Shown here: positions 26,319-36,800 of the stretch, one piece after another
How positions within the stretch are numbered: position 1 is the stretch's first letter
How the letters are laid out: each line of letters opens with the position of its first letter
DNA from: Eledone cirrhosa
Taxonomy: Eukaryota
Direction: 5' to 3'
NCBI GenBank assembly: GCA_964016885.1
Contig: OZ024742.1
Coordinates: forward strand, 14,384,001-14,448,000
Length of the DNA stretch: 64,000 bases
Notes under the pieces: model-generated
What the model was told of the DNA's origin: nothing
Databases searched by the model: none
The model's input: the letters and a program-made list of their open reading frames with translations, nothing else
Made by a program: the position numbers and the translations under genes

Positions 26319-29291
26319 TTGAACGTAAGGAGGTCGATGTTTGTTGTATTCAAGAGACCAGGTGGAGGGGGTGGGTCTGCTAGGTTCATTGAGGGTAAAA
26401 AACGATGTTATAAGCTTTTCTGGGTGGGAAACGACGATGGGCTGGGTGGAGTAGGAATCATGGTAGCAGAAAAGTGGGCAGATAAGATAATAGACGTAAA
26501 TAGAGTGAACGACAGAATAATTAAAATACGACTTGTCCTCAATAGAACTACGGTGACAGTAATATCTGCGTACGCACCCCAATCCGGACTGCCCGGCACT
26601 ATAAAAGACAGATTCTATGAGACACTGATGCTAACTACCTCCCAAATATCCGACAGTGACTATATAATTATCGCAGGCGACCTAAATGGTCACATTGGAC
26701 AACATTGTGACGGCTACGACGAAATCCATGGAGGCTATGGGTTTGGTACTAGAAATGAGGAAGGCTCCAGAATCCTGGAATTCTGTGATGCAAATAACCT
26801 AACTATCTGTAACACTAACTTCAAAAAACGTGACAATCACCTGATCACCTATAGATCCGGGGAACACACAAGCCAGGTAGATTATATCCTTACCAGAAGA
26901 CGTGACAGAGTGTCTGTTGTAAACACTAAATCCCTCCCCCATGAAGAATGCACCTCCCAACATAGACTGATAATTAGCGACCTCATAGTCAGGACGAGAC
27001 GTACTCGACAGCAGAAGAGGACTATCCTCAGGAGAAAAATATGGAAGCTAAAGGACCCCACAGCCAGGAATAAATTTCAAAGCATATTACTTGATGCTTT
27101 CGACAGTAAGGAAGAACATTTAGAGTCGGACAATATAGAGGGAGAGTGGGAATTTCTGAAAGCAAACCTGCTGTTGGCGACAGACGAAGTCTGTGGCTGG
27201 AGCAGGCCTGTAGGCAGGAGGAGAGTAACATGGTGGTGGAACAGTAAGGTGGAGGGGTCAATTAAGGCCAAAAAGCAGGCTTGGAAAGTATGGCGGGATG
27301 GGGGAAGTAGAGAAGACTATCAAGTGGCCAGGAGGGAAGCTAGGAGACAAGTGTACTTAGCAAGAAGGGAAGCTGAGGAAAGAAAGTTCAAGCATGTTCT
27401 ACAACGCGATGACCAAAAACGTGAGGTGTTCAGGATTGCTAGGCAATGCGTCAAGGAAAACCGTGATATTGTCGGGAAGAAGTGTGTACTAAACGACGAT
27501 GGCACACTTGCCATCACCGACGCTGATAAGAAGGTAGCTTGGAAGTGTCACTATGAAAGGCTACTAAATGAGGAGAATAAATGGGAGAAAGACAGTCTCC
27601 CCCATATCGACCCAATAGAGGGACCAGCAGTGTTAGTCGAGGGGAGTATAATAAGTAAGGCAATCAAGGATATGAAGACGGGTAAGGCGGCTGGGCCTTC
27701 GGAAATAGTTGCTGAGATGCTGAAGGCATCTGGCACGGTGGGACACACCATGGTCAGCCACATAGTTAACCAAGTCGTACAGAATGGGGTTGTTCCGAAG
27801 GACTGGCATAGCAGCATCATCGTTAACTATTACAAGGGTAAAGGAGACGCCCTAGATAGGAGTAACTATAGAGGCATTAAATTAATCGACCAGGTCATGA
27901 AGGTCACGGAAAAAGTAATAGCGCAACTAATCAGAGAGAGAATTGACCTAGATGAAATGCAGTTCGGGTTTGTGTCAGGCAAAAGTACCACAGACGCTCT
28001 TTTCATAGTACGACAACTACAGGAGAAGTACCTAGCTAAAGGTAAACCCCTCTACTTAGCTTTTGTCGACTTGGAGAAAGCCTTCGACAGAGTCCCCCGC
28101 TCCATTATCTGGTGGGCTCTTAGAAAACTAGGCGTTGACGAATGGCTTGTGAGGGCTATACAAGCCATGTATAAAGAAACAGTCAGCAAGGTTAGAATTA
28201 ACAACGAATATAGTGAAGAGTTTAGCGTAAAAGTTGGCGTCCATCAGGGCTCTGTTCTCAGCCCCCTACTATTTATTATTTCCCTTCAGGCTATAACAGA
28301 GGAGTTCAAGACAGGCTGCCCATGGGAACTCCTATACGCAGACGACCTGACACTCATAGCGGAATCAATGGCCGAGCTAGAGAAGAAATTCCAAACATGG
28401 AAGCACGGCCTAGAGTCAAAAGGACTTAAAATTAACCTGGCTAAGACCAAAGTACTAGTTTGTAGGAAAGAAAACAAGGCGGCGGTCCCTTCTGGGAAAT
28501 GGTCGTGCTCGGTGTGTAGGAAAGGCGTAGGTAGAAACTCCATTTTATGTCCCAAATGCAAAGTATGGGTGCATAAAAGATGTAGTGGGATCACAGGTAA
28601 GCTAACTAAGAACATAGATTTTACATGTGGCCGGTGTTCTGGTGCAATAAGTAGCAGCAAGTGCCCACAAAATACTAGCTCTTTCAATTGCGCAGAGGGT
28701 TCTATAGAAATAGTGGACAGCTTCCGTTACCTGGGTGACAAAATCAGCAGTGGGGGAGGGTGCTCTGAAAGTACTGTAGCTAGAGTCAGAACTGGTTGGA
28801 AAAAGTTCAGAGAGCTTATACCACTATTAGCTGCTAAAGGGTTCTCCCTAAAAATGAAAGGCAGGTTGTACGATGCCTGCATACGAACAGCAATGCTGCA
28901 TGGCAGTGAGACCTGGGCATTGTGTGCAGAGGATATACGCAGACTAGAGAGGAACGAAGCTTGCATGCTCCGCTGGATGTGTAACAGTAATATACGTGAA
29001 CGGCAAAGCATAAACGAACTAAGGAAAAAATTAGAGATAAGAGGGATCAGATGTTGTTTACTCGAGAGAAGGCTACGTTGGTATGGACACGTGATGCGCA
29101 TGAAAGTCGATAGCTGTATAACAAAGTGCAGGGCAATAAAGATAGACGGTAGTCACGGAATAGGCAGACCTAGAAAAACCTGGGACGAGCTGATAAACTC
29201 CGACATCACACACTTACACCTCTCCAAGACAATGTCACTGGACCGAGACCTTTGGCGGTACTCAGTAACAGAGAAGACCCGCCTTACCTAA
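26319..29291 (+). CDS. RTE polyprotein: APE endonuclease, reverse transcriptase, PHD-type finger (N-terminus in 26054-26383, one extra G at 26367-26371)
   Basis: CIQETRW, SAYAPQ, GDLNGH, VDYIL, SQHRL; YRGIKL, FVDLEKAFDRVP, GVHQGSVLSPLLF, YADDL; C4HC3 motif; GSETW, RRLRWYGH. Confidence 0.93.
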   Translation: MNVRRSMFVVFKRPGGGGGSARFIEGKKRCYKLFWVGNDDGLGGVGIMVAEKWADKIIDVNRVNDRIIKIRLVLNRTTVTVISAYAPQSGLPGTIKDRFYETLMLTTSQISDSDYIIIAGDLNGHIGQHCDGYDEIHGGYGFGTRNEEGSRILEFCDANNLTICNTNFKKRDNHLITYRSGEHTSQVDYILTRRRDRVSVVNTKSLPHEECTSQHRLIISDLIVRTRRTRQQKRTILRRKIWKLKDPTARNKFQSILLDAFDSKEEHLESDNIEGEWEFLKANLLLATDEVCGWSRPVGRRRVTWWWNSKVEGSIKAKKQAWKVWRDGGSREDYQVARREARRQVYLARREAEERKFKHVLQRDDQKREVFRIARQCVKENRDIVGKKCVLNDDGTLAITDADKKVAWKCHYERLLNEENKWEKDSLPHIDPIEGPAVLVEGSIISKAIKDMKTGKAAGPSEIVAEMLKASGTVGHTMVSHIVNQVVQNGVVPKDWHSSIIVNYYKGKGDALDRSNYRGIKLIDQVMKVTEKVIAQLIRERIDLDEMQFGFVSGKSTTDALFIVRQLQEKYLAKGKPLYLAFVDLEKAFDRVPRSIIWWALRKLGVDEWLVRAIQAMYKETVSKVRINNEYSEEFSVKVGVHQGSVLSPLLFIISLQAITEEFKTGCPWELLYADDLTLIAESMAELEKKFQTWKHGLESKGLKINLAKTKVLVCRKENKAAVPSGKWSCSVCRKGVGRNSILCPKCKVWVHKRCSGITGKLTKNIDFTCGRCSGAISSSKCPQNTSSFNCAEGSIEIVDSFRYLGDKISSGGGCSESTVARVRTGWKKFRELIPLLAAKGFSLKMKGRLYDACIRTAMLHGSETWALCAEDIRRLERNEACMLRWMCNSNIRERQSINELRKKLEIRGIRCCLLERRLRWYGHVMRMKVDSCITKCRAIKIDGSHGIGRPRKTWDELINSDITHLHLSKTMSLDRDLWRYSVTEKTRLT

Positions 29292-29702
29292 ATATATAGT
29301 AAAACCTACTCCAGCCAGTAGGCATCTCTAACAAAATACACCCCGTCCCACCACCACCACCCCCACCCCATCCACACCACCCCGTTCTATGTAAAGTTAT
29401 GTTGGTGCCGCGCCATCGAGGCCGAAACAAATGAGATCGTGTAGGTGTCACGACAAAAAAACACACAGTCCACGCTGTAATGTGGCCGTGTAGGCAACAC
29501 GGTAAAAACCTCCCAGACCCACACTGTAAATGTGGTTGGTGTTAGGAAGGGCATCCAACTGTAGAAAACCTGCCAGACAGTCCTATGCGAGCAAGACAAT
29601 CACTCTTGCCTCAAGTGGGACTACCCCCGTCCAAACCCATGCAAGCGTGGAACACGGACGTTAAACGTTGATGATGATGATGATGATGATATATATTTGG
29701 TT

Positions 29703-30070
29703 TGGTGAGGAGAGTAAGTGGAACCGCAGCTGCATAAAAAAACAAGAGCTGATATCAAAAAGTGTGTATGAACTCTTCAGAGTCAACGACAATCCACCCT
29801 AAATATGGGTTAAATAGCCTAAAATCTGGCTCCTCCACCAGTCTCTGATCTGGTGAGGAGAGTAAGTGGATCCCCTCAGCACAAAAGACAAGAGCTGTTA
29901 AAAAGGTAGATGAACTCCTCAGAATCAATGGCCATCCACCCCAACTATGGGTTAAACAGCCTCACCAACCCACAGTCGGTTAAGTGTGATGAGTAAGGCC
30001 ACACCCCTGAAGACATGATCAAAACCAAACAGAACGTGGTGGAGGTCAACCAGGGAGGGGTTCCTCCAAC
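29703..30070 (+). mobile_element. LINE-like 5' leader with ~147-bp tandem duplication
   Basis: TGGTGAGGAGAGTAAGTGG...TATGGGTTAAA.AGCCT repeated at 29703 and 29851; similar to the minus motif at 14280-14380. Confidence 0.45.
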
Positions 30071-30170
30071 ATGAGTGAGATGACTCTGGATTTGATTAGA
30101 TTTATTTATTTAGGCAGTGAATTGGCAAAGATCTTAGAATGCTTTGTGGTATTCATTTCAGCTGTCTGCT

Positions 30171-30452
30171 CTTTGATTTCAAATCCTGGTGAAGTCAACT
30201 TTGATTTCAAATCCGTGAAGTCAACTTTGACTTTAAATCCTGGTGAAGTCAACTTTGACTTTAAATCCTGGTGAAGTCAACTTTGATTTCAAATCCGTGA
30301 AGTCAACTTTGACTTTAAATCCTGGTGAAGTCAACTTTGACTTTAAATCCTGGTGAAGTCAACTTTGATTTCAAATCCGTGAAGTCAACTTTGACTTTAA
30401 ATCCTGGTGAAGTCAACTTTGACTTTAAATCCTGGTGAAGTCAACTTTGACT
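30171..30452. repeat. ~26-28-bp tandem repeat derived from a SINE B-box region (AAATCCTGGTGAAGTCAACTTTGACTTT)
   Basis: Direct reading; flanked by the SINE head (30110) and core (30450-30495). Confidence 0.85.
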
Positions 30453-30669
30453 TTCAACCTTTCGAGGTCAATAAAAAAAATTACAGTCAAGTACTGGAGC
30501 TAATTTTTTTTTCTCCATATCTCTTTTTCTCACTACCTCTCTCTCTCACTACCTCTCTCTATCTCACCACCTCTCTCTATCCCCCTCTGATAGAGATCAG
30601 CTAATGTTCAAACCTGGAGAGGGGTCTATGCCAGGTTTAAACTGCCCCACACTCTGCCACTACAGCCCT

Positions 30670-31503
30670 CCTACAGCTCCACCAGGAGTTAAGGCACTAC
30701 AGTTCCACCAGGAGTTAAGGCACTACAGTTCCACCAGGAGTTAAGGCCCTACAGTTCCACCAGGAGTTAAGGCACTACAGCTACACCAGGAGTTAAGGCA
30801 CTACAGTTCCACCAGGAGTTAAGGCACTACAGCTACACCAGGAGTTAAGGCACTACAGTTCCACCAGGAGTTAAGGCACTACAGCTACACCAGGAGTTAA
30901 GGCACTACAGTTCCACCAGGAGTTAAGGCACTACAGTTCCACCAGGAGTTAAGGCCCTACAGTTCCACCAGGAGTTAAGGCACTACAGCTACACCAGGAG
31001 TTAAGGCACTACAGTTCCACCAGGAGTTAAGGCACTACAGCTACACCAGGAGTTAAGGCACTACAGTTCCACCAGGAGTTAAGGCACTACAGCTACACCA
31101 GGAGTTAAGGCACTACAGTTCCACCAGGAGTTAAGGCACTACAGCTACACCAGGAGTTAAGGCACTACAGTTCCACCAGGAGTTAAGGCACTACAGCTAC
31201 ACCAGGAGTTAAGGCACTACAGTTCCACCAGGAGTTAAGGCACTACAGCTACACCAGGAGTTAAGGCACTACAGTTCCACCAGGAGTTAAGGCACTACAG
31301 CTACACCAGGAGTTAAGGCACTACAGTTCCACCAGGAGTTAAGGCACTACAGCTACACCAGGAGTTAAGGCACTACAGTTCCACCAGGAGTTAAGGCACT
31401 ACAGCTACACCAGGAGTTAAGGCACTACAGTTCCACCAGGAGTTAAGGCACTACAGCTACACCAGGAGTTAAGGCACTACAGTTCCACCAGGAGTTAAGG
31501 CAT
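30670..31503. repeat. 26-bp minisatellite with alternating variants (CAGTTCC/CAGCTAC), 52-bp dimer
   Basis: CCACCAGGAGTTAAGGCACTACAGTT, about 32 copies. Confidence 0.95.
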
Positions 31504-31814
31504 TAAACAGAACATATATCTGTAAGATCCAATTCCTTATATTCAACTAAATATTTCAGGGAGAGACCACAATAAAAATTATCCCGTAACATTTTTGGGA
31601 CCAATAATTCTACAAACTTTCTACAATAATTATGTGTGTGGGTGTATGTGAGTATGTGTGTGTAGGTGAGTGTGTCTGTGCATGTGTGTGTGTGTGTGCA
31701 TGCGTGTGTGTGTGTGCATATGTGTGTGTGTGTGCATGCATGTGTGTGTGTATGTGTGAGTGTATAGTTTCAGTAAAATGGTTAAAGACTATATCTACTA
31801 TTATATATCTACAG

Positions 31815-31893
31815 GCAGAGTTGTTTGACCGTGAACATAACAAAACCTATCAACTCCACCAAGTGAGGGTCCAGTCCATTCTATCCACTTATT
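31815..31893 (+). CDS. Host gene coding exon 3: end of PLAT domain (AELFDREHNKTYQLHQVRVQSILSTY)
   Basis: ctacag acceptor (phase 0), T|gtaagt donor (phase 1) compatible with both neighbours. Confidence 0.7.
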
Positions 31894-31984
31894 GTAAGTC
31901 AGTTATTTACATTGTCTTCTTCTAAACAACCCACCTTTCATCTACCTCTCTTTCATCTCCAGTCTTTCCAGATTAATAAGGATT

Positions 31985-32378
31985 TCTTCTTTAGACACAC
32001 GGCCAGCAATTTTGGGGGAGGGCAAAGTTGATTAAATCGACCCCAGTCGGTACTTATTTTATTGACCCCATAAGGACGAAAGGTAAAGCTAACCTCAGCG
32101 GGATTTGAACTCAGGACTGTCAAGGACCATAACATGTTCGACGCTATACTGATTCTACTGTCAATCAACCACTCTACTAGTGTAATAATTGTTTCTACTT
32201 TTGGCACAAGGCTGGCAATTATCCAGTGTATTACTGGTACTTTATTTTATCAACCCTGTAAGGATGAAAGGCAAAGTTAACCTCGGCAGGATTTGAACTC
32301 AGAATGGCAAGGGCCGTAACTCAATGCTGGAAAGCATGGCGTCCGACCCTCTACCGATACTGCCAATCCACCGCCCTT
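31985..32378 (-). mobile_element. Tandem tRNA-derived SINEs (abundant family; other copies near 19455-19635, 24030-24165, 33300-33660, 42840-43240, 54430-54635, 56745-57340, 62825-63310)
   Basis: Shared 'ggcacaaggccagcaa...actggtactttattttatcgaccc..aaggatgaaaggcaaagt.aacctcggcgggatttgaactcag' (reverse B-box GAGTTCAAATCC). Confidence 0.8.
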
Positions 32379-33836
32379 ATTACTAGTATAATAATGAGAA
32401 CATTTGAGGTTTGTCACATTAATGTCATCTGTTGACTCACATCTGCAATTTAAACCCCCCCCCCCCCCCAGATCATGACACAACATTTTGTAGTGATCTT
32501 TTGATTGTAACATAGAAACGTTTTACTGCAGTGGTCACTTGTTTCTCCAGTAATCTAGATATTATCGGTAATACTGCTGCAGTCTACTATACTCCAGGGA
32601 TTTACTGTATAATGTCACTGACTGATTCACCATTGGAATATCTCTGTGTAAATCATGAGAGTCTGAAAGACAGAAGTTTGTTATTCTAGCAATGGGGTAA
32701 TAGTCGGTAATGTTGATTAGAAATTGGAAGAAACTGGATTTTGTGTCTCTTGGTAAAAGGTTACTTCTCTGAATTGATAGAAAACTAATCAATATGGTTA
32801 GCAGCAGTTATTTATATATATGCTGAAGCATATAGACAATACACCCCCGTCCCCTCCCACTGCAAAGTGGTCGTGGAGGCGCCACAGAAAAAAGCACCCA
32901 GCACTCACTGTAAAATGAGGTTGGCGTTAGGAAGGGCATCCAGCTGGAGAAATCAAGCCAAAATCAGTTCCCGTATGAGCAAGACAAGGTCAGCCGACTG
33001 GACACTGCCCACAACAGGACAACCCGTCTAACCCATGCTAGTGTGGAAGAACGGACGTAAAACGGTGATGATGATGATATATACATGGGCGGAGGCGGTG
33101 AGAGCTGACCACAGATTGCTGAAGCTCACAGAGGAGATGACGAAGGACTATGATATATCTTTTAAATTTGAATAATTAATGCTCTGAGCCAAAGCCCATT
33201 GAGCTTATTTATTGAGAAACACAATCATTATTCATATTAAATATGTATTGATAACTTAACATAGTATATAATATATACACACACACATATATATATATAT
33301 TTGGGGGGAGGGGAAAGTCAACCCCAGTGCATTACTGGTACTTTATTGACCCTGTAAGGATGAAAGGTGGGATTTGAACCCAGAACATAAAGAGCCGTAA
33401 CTATGTCACAAAGTATGTTGTCCGATGCTCTACCGACACTGCCCCATATTTTAATAATAATAGTTTCTGATTTACACGCAAAGCCAACAATTTTGTGGGA
33501 GGGAAAAGTCAATTATTTTGACCCAGTGCATTACTGGTACTTTATTTTATCAACGCTGTAGAGATGAAAGGTTTTACTAACCTCAGCAGGATTTGAACTC
33601 AGAATGTAAAGGGCCGTAACTCTATGCTGTAAAGCATGGCGTCCGACCCTCTGCCGCCCATATATTTCTCTAATGACATTGTAAATCTCACTAAGTAATT
33701 AATTGAGATTAAAAGGTTCAATAAAATTCATGATTTTCTTTAGTATTATTGACTTAATGTATTGATCTGTGAATATTGATCTGTGAATATTGTGGCTAAT
33801 GTTAATGGCTGTCACGCCTACCATTCCACTTCTCTA

Positions 33837-36800
33837 ATGTACAGAACCTCGGGTGTATGCCATGGTATGGTCATGTACAGAACCTCGGGTGTATGCCATG
33901 GTATGGTCATGTACAGAACCTCAGGTGTATGCCATGGTATGGTCATGTACAGAACCTCAGGTGTATGCCATGGTCATGTACAGAACCTCAGGTATATGCC
34001 ATGGTATGGTCATGTACAGAACCTCAGGTGTATGCCATGGTATGGTCATGTACAGAACCTCAGGTGTATGCCATGGTATGGTCATGTACAGAACCTCAGG
34101 TGTATGCCATGGTATGGTCATGTACAGAACCTCGGGTGTATGCCATGGTCATGTACAGAACCTCGGGTATATGCCATGGTATGGTCATGTACAGAACCTC
34201 GGGTATATGCCATGGTATGGTCATGTACAGAACCTCAGGTGTATGCCATGGTATGGTCATGTACAGAACCTCGGGTGTATGCCATGGTATGGTCATGTAC
34301 AGAACCTCGGGTGTATGCCATGGTATGGTCATGTACAGAACCTCGGGTGTATGCCATGGTCATGTACAGAACCTCGGGTATATGCCATGGTATGGTCATG
34401 TACAGAACCTCGGGTATATGCCATGCCATGGTCATGTACAGAACCTCGGGTGTATGCCATGGTATGGTCATGTACAGAACCTCGGGTGTATGCCATGGTA
34501 TGGTCATGTACAGAACCTCAGGTGTATGCCATGGTATGGTCATGTACAGAACCTCGGGTGTATGCCATGGTATGGTCATGTACAGAACCTCGGGTATATG
34601 CCATGGTATGGTCATGTACAGAACCTCGGGTATATGCCATGGTATGGTCATGTACAGAACCTCAGGTGTATGCCATGGTATGGTCATGTACAGAACCTCG
34701 GGTGTATGCCATGGTATGGTCATGTACAGAACCTCGGGTGTATGCCATGGTCATGTACAGAACCTCAGGTATATGCCATGGTATGGTCATGTACAGAACC
34801 TCAGGTGTATGCCATGGTATGGTCATGTACAGAACCTCGGGTGTATGCCATGGTATGGTCATGTACAGAACCTCGGGTGTATGCCATGGTATGGTCATGT
34901 ACAGAACCTCGGGTGTATGCCATGGTCATGTACAGAACCTCAGGTATATGCCATGGTATGGTCATGTACAGAACCTCAGGTGTATGCCATGGTATGGTCA
35001 TGTACAGAATCTCGGGTGTATGCCATGGTATGGTCATGTACAGAACCTCAGGTGTATGCCATGGTATGGTCATGTACAGAACCTCGGGTGTATGCCATGC
35101 CATGGTCATGTACAGAACCTCGGGTGTATGCCATGGTATGGTCATGTACAGAACCTCGGGTGTATGCCATGGTATGGTCATGTACAGAACCTCGGGTGTA
35201 TGCCATGGTATGGTCATGTACAGAACCTCGGGTGTATGCCATGGTATGGTCATGTACAGAACCTCGGGTGTATGCCATGGTATGGTCATGTACAGAACCT
35301 CGGGTGTATGCCATGGTATGGTCATGTACAGAACCTCGGGTGTATGCCATGGTATGGTCGTATACAGAACCTCGGGTGTATGCCATGGTATGGTCATGTA
35401 CAGAACCTCAGGTGTATGCCATGGTATGGTCATGTACAGAACCTCGGGTGTATGCCATGGTATGGTCATGTACAGAACCTCGGGTGTATGCCATGGTATG
35501 GTCATGTACAGAACCTCGGGTGTATGACATGGTATGGTCATGTACAGAACCTCGGGTGTATGCCATGGTATGGTCATGTACAGAACCTCGGGTGTATGCC
35601 ATGGTATGGTCATGTACAGAACCTCGGGTGTATGCCATGGTATGGTCATGTACAGAACCTCGGGTGTATGCCATGGTATGGTCATGTACAGAACCTCGGG
35701 TGTATGCCATGGTATGGTCATGTACAGAACCTCAGGTGTATGCCATGGTCATCTACAGAACCTCGGGTGTATGCCATGATATGGTCATGTACAGAACCTC
35801 GGGTGTATGCCATGGTATGGTCGTATACAGAACCTCAGGTGTATGCCATGGTATGGTCATGTACAGAACCTCGGGTGTATGCCATGGTATGGTCGTATAC
35901 AGAACCTCGGGTGTATGCCATGGTATGGTCATGTACAGAACCTCGGGTGTATGCCATGGTATGGTCGTATACAGAACCTCAGGTATATGCCATGGTATGG
36001 TCATGTACAGAACCTCGGGTGTATGCCATGGTATGGTCATGTACAGAACCTCGGGTGTATGCCATGGTATGGTCGTATACAGAACCTCAGGTATATGCCA
36101 TGGTATGGTCATGTACAGAACCTCGGGTGTATGCCATGCCATGGTCATGTACAGAACCTCGGGTGTATGCCATGGTATGGTCATGTACAGAACCTCGGGT
36201 GTATGCCATGGTCATGTACAGAACCTCGGGTGTATGCCATGGTATGGTCATGTACAGAACCTCGGGTGTATGCCATGGTATGGTCGTATACAGAACCTCG
36301 GGTGTATGCCATGCCATGGTCATGTACAGAACCTCGGGTGTATGCCATGGTATGGTCATGTACAGAACCTCGGGTGTATGCCATGGTATGGTCATGTACA
36401 GAACCTCGGGTGTATGCCATGGTATGGTCATGTACAGAACCTCGGGTGTATGCCATAGTATGGTCATGTACAGAACCTCGGGTGTATGCCATGGTATGGT
36501 CATGTACAGAACCTCGGGTGTATGCCATGGTATGGTCATGTACAGAACCTCGGGTGTATGCCATGGTCAAGTACAGAACCTCAGGTGTATGCCATGGTAT
36601 GGTCATGTACAGAACCTCGGGTGTATGCCATGGTCATGTACAGAACCTCAGGTATATGCCATGCTATGGTCATGTACAGAACCTCAGGTGTATGCCATGG
36701 TATGGTCATGTACAGAACCTCGGGTGTATGCCATGGTATGGTCATGTACAGAACCTCGGGTGTATGCCATGGTATGGTCATGTACAGAACCTCGGGTGTA

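Larger units (their letters stand above)
25888..29690 (+). mobile_element. Near full-length RTE LINE copy B in intron 2 of the PLAT gene
   Basis: 5' UTR with GC and CCAAT boxes, ORF 26054-26383 joined to 26319-29291, 3' UTR and (GAT)n tail. Confidence 0.95.
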
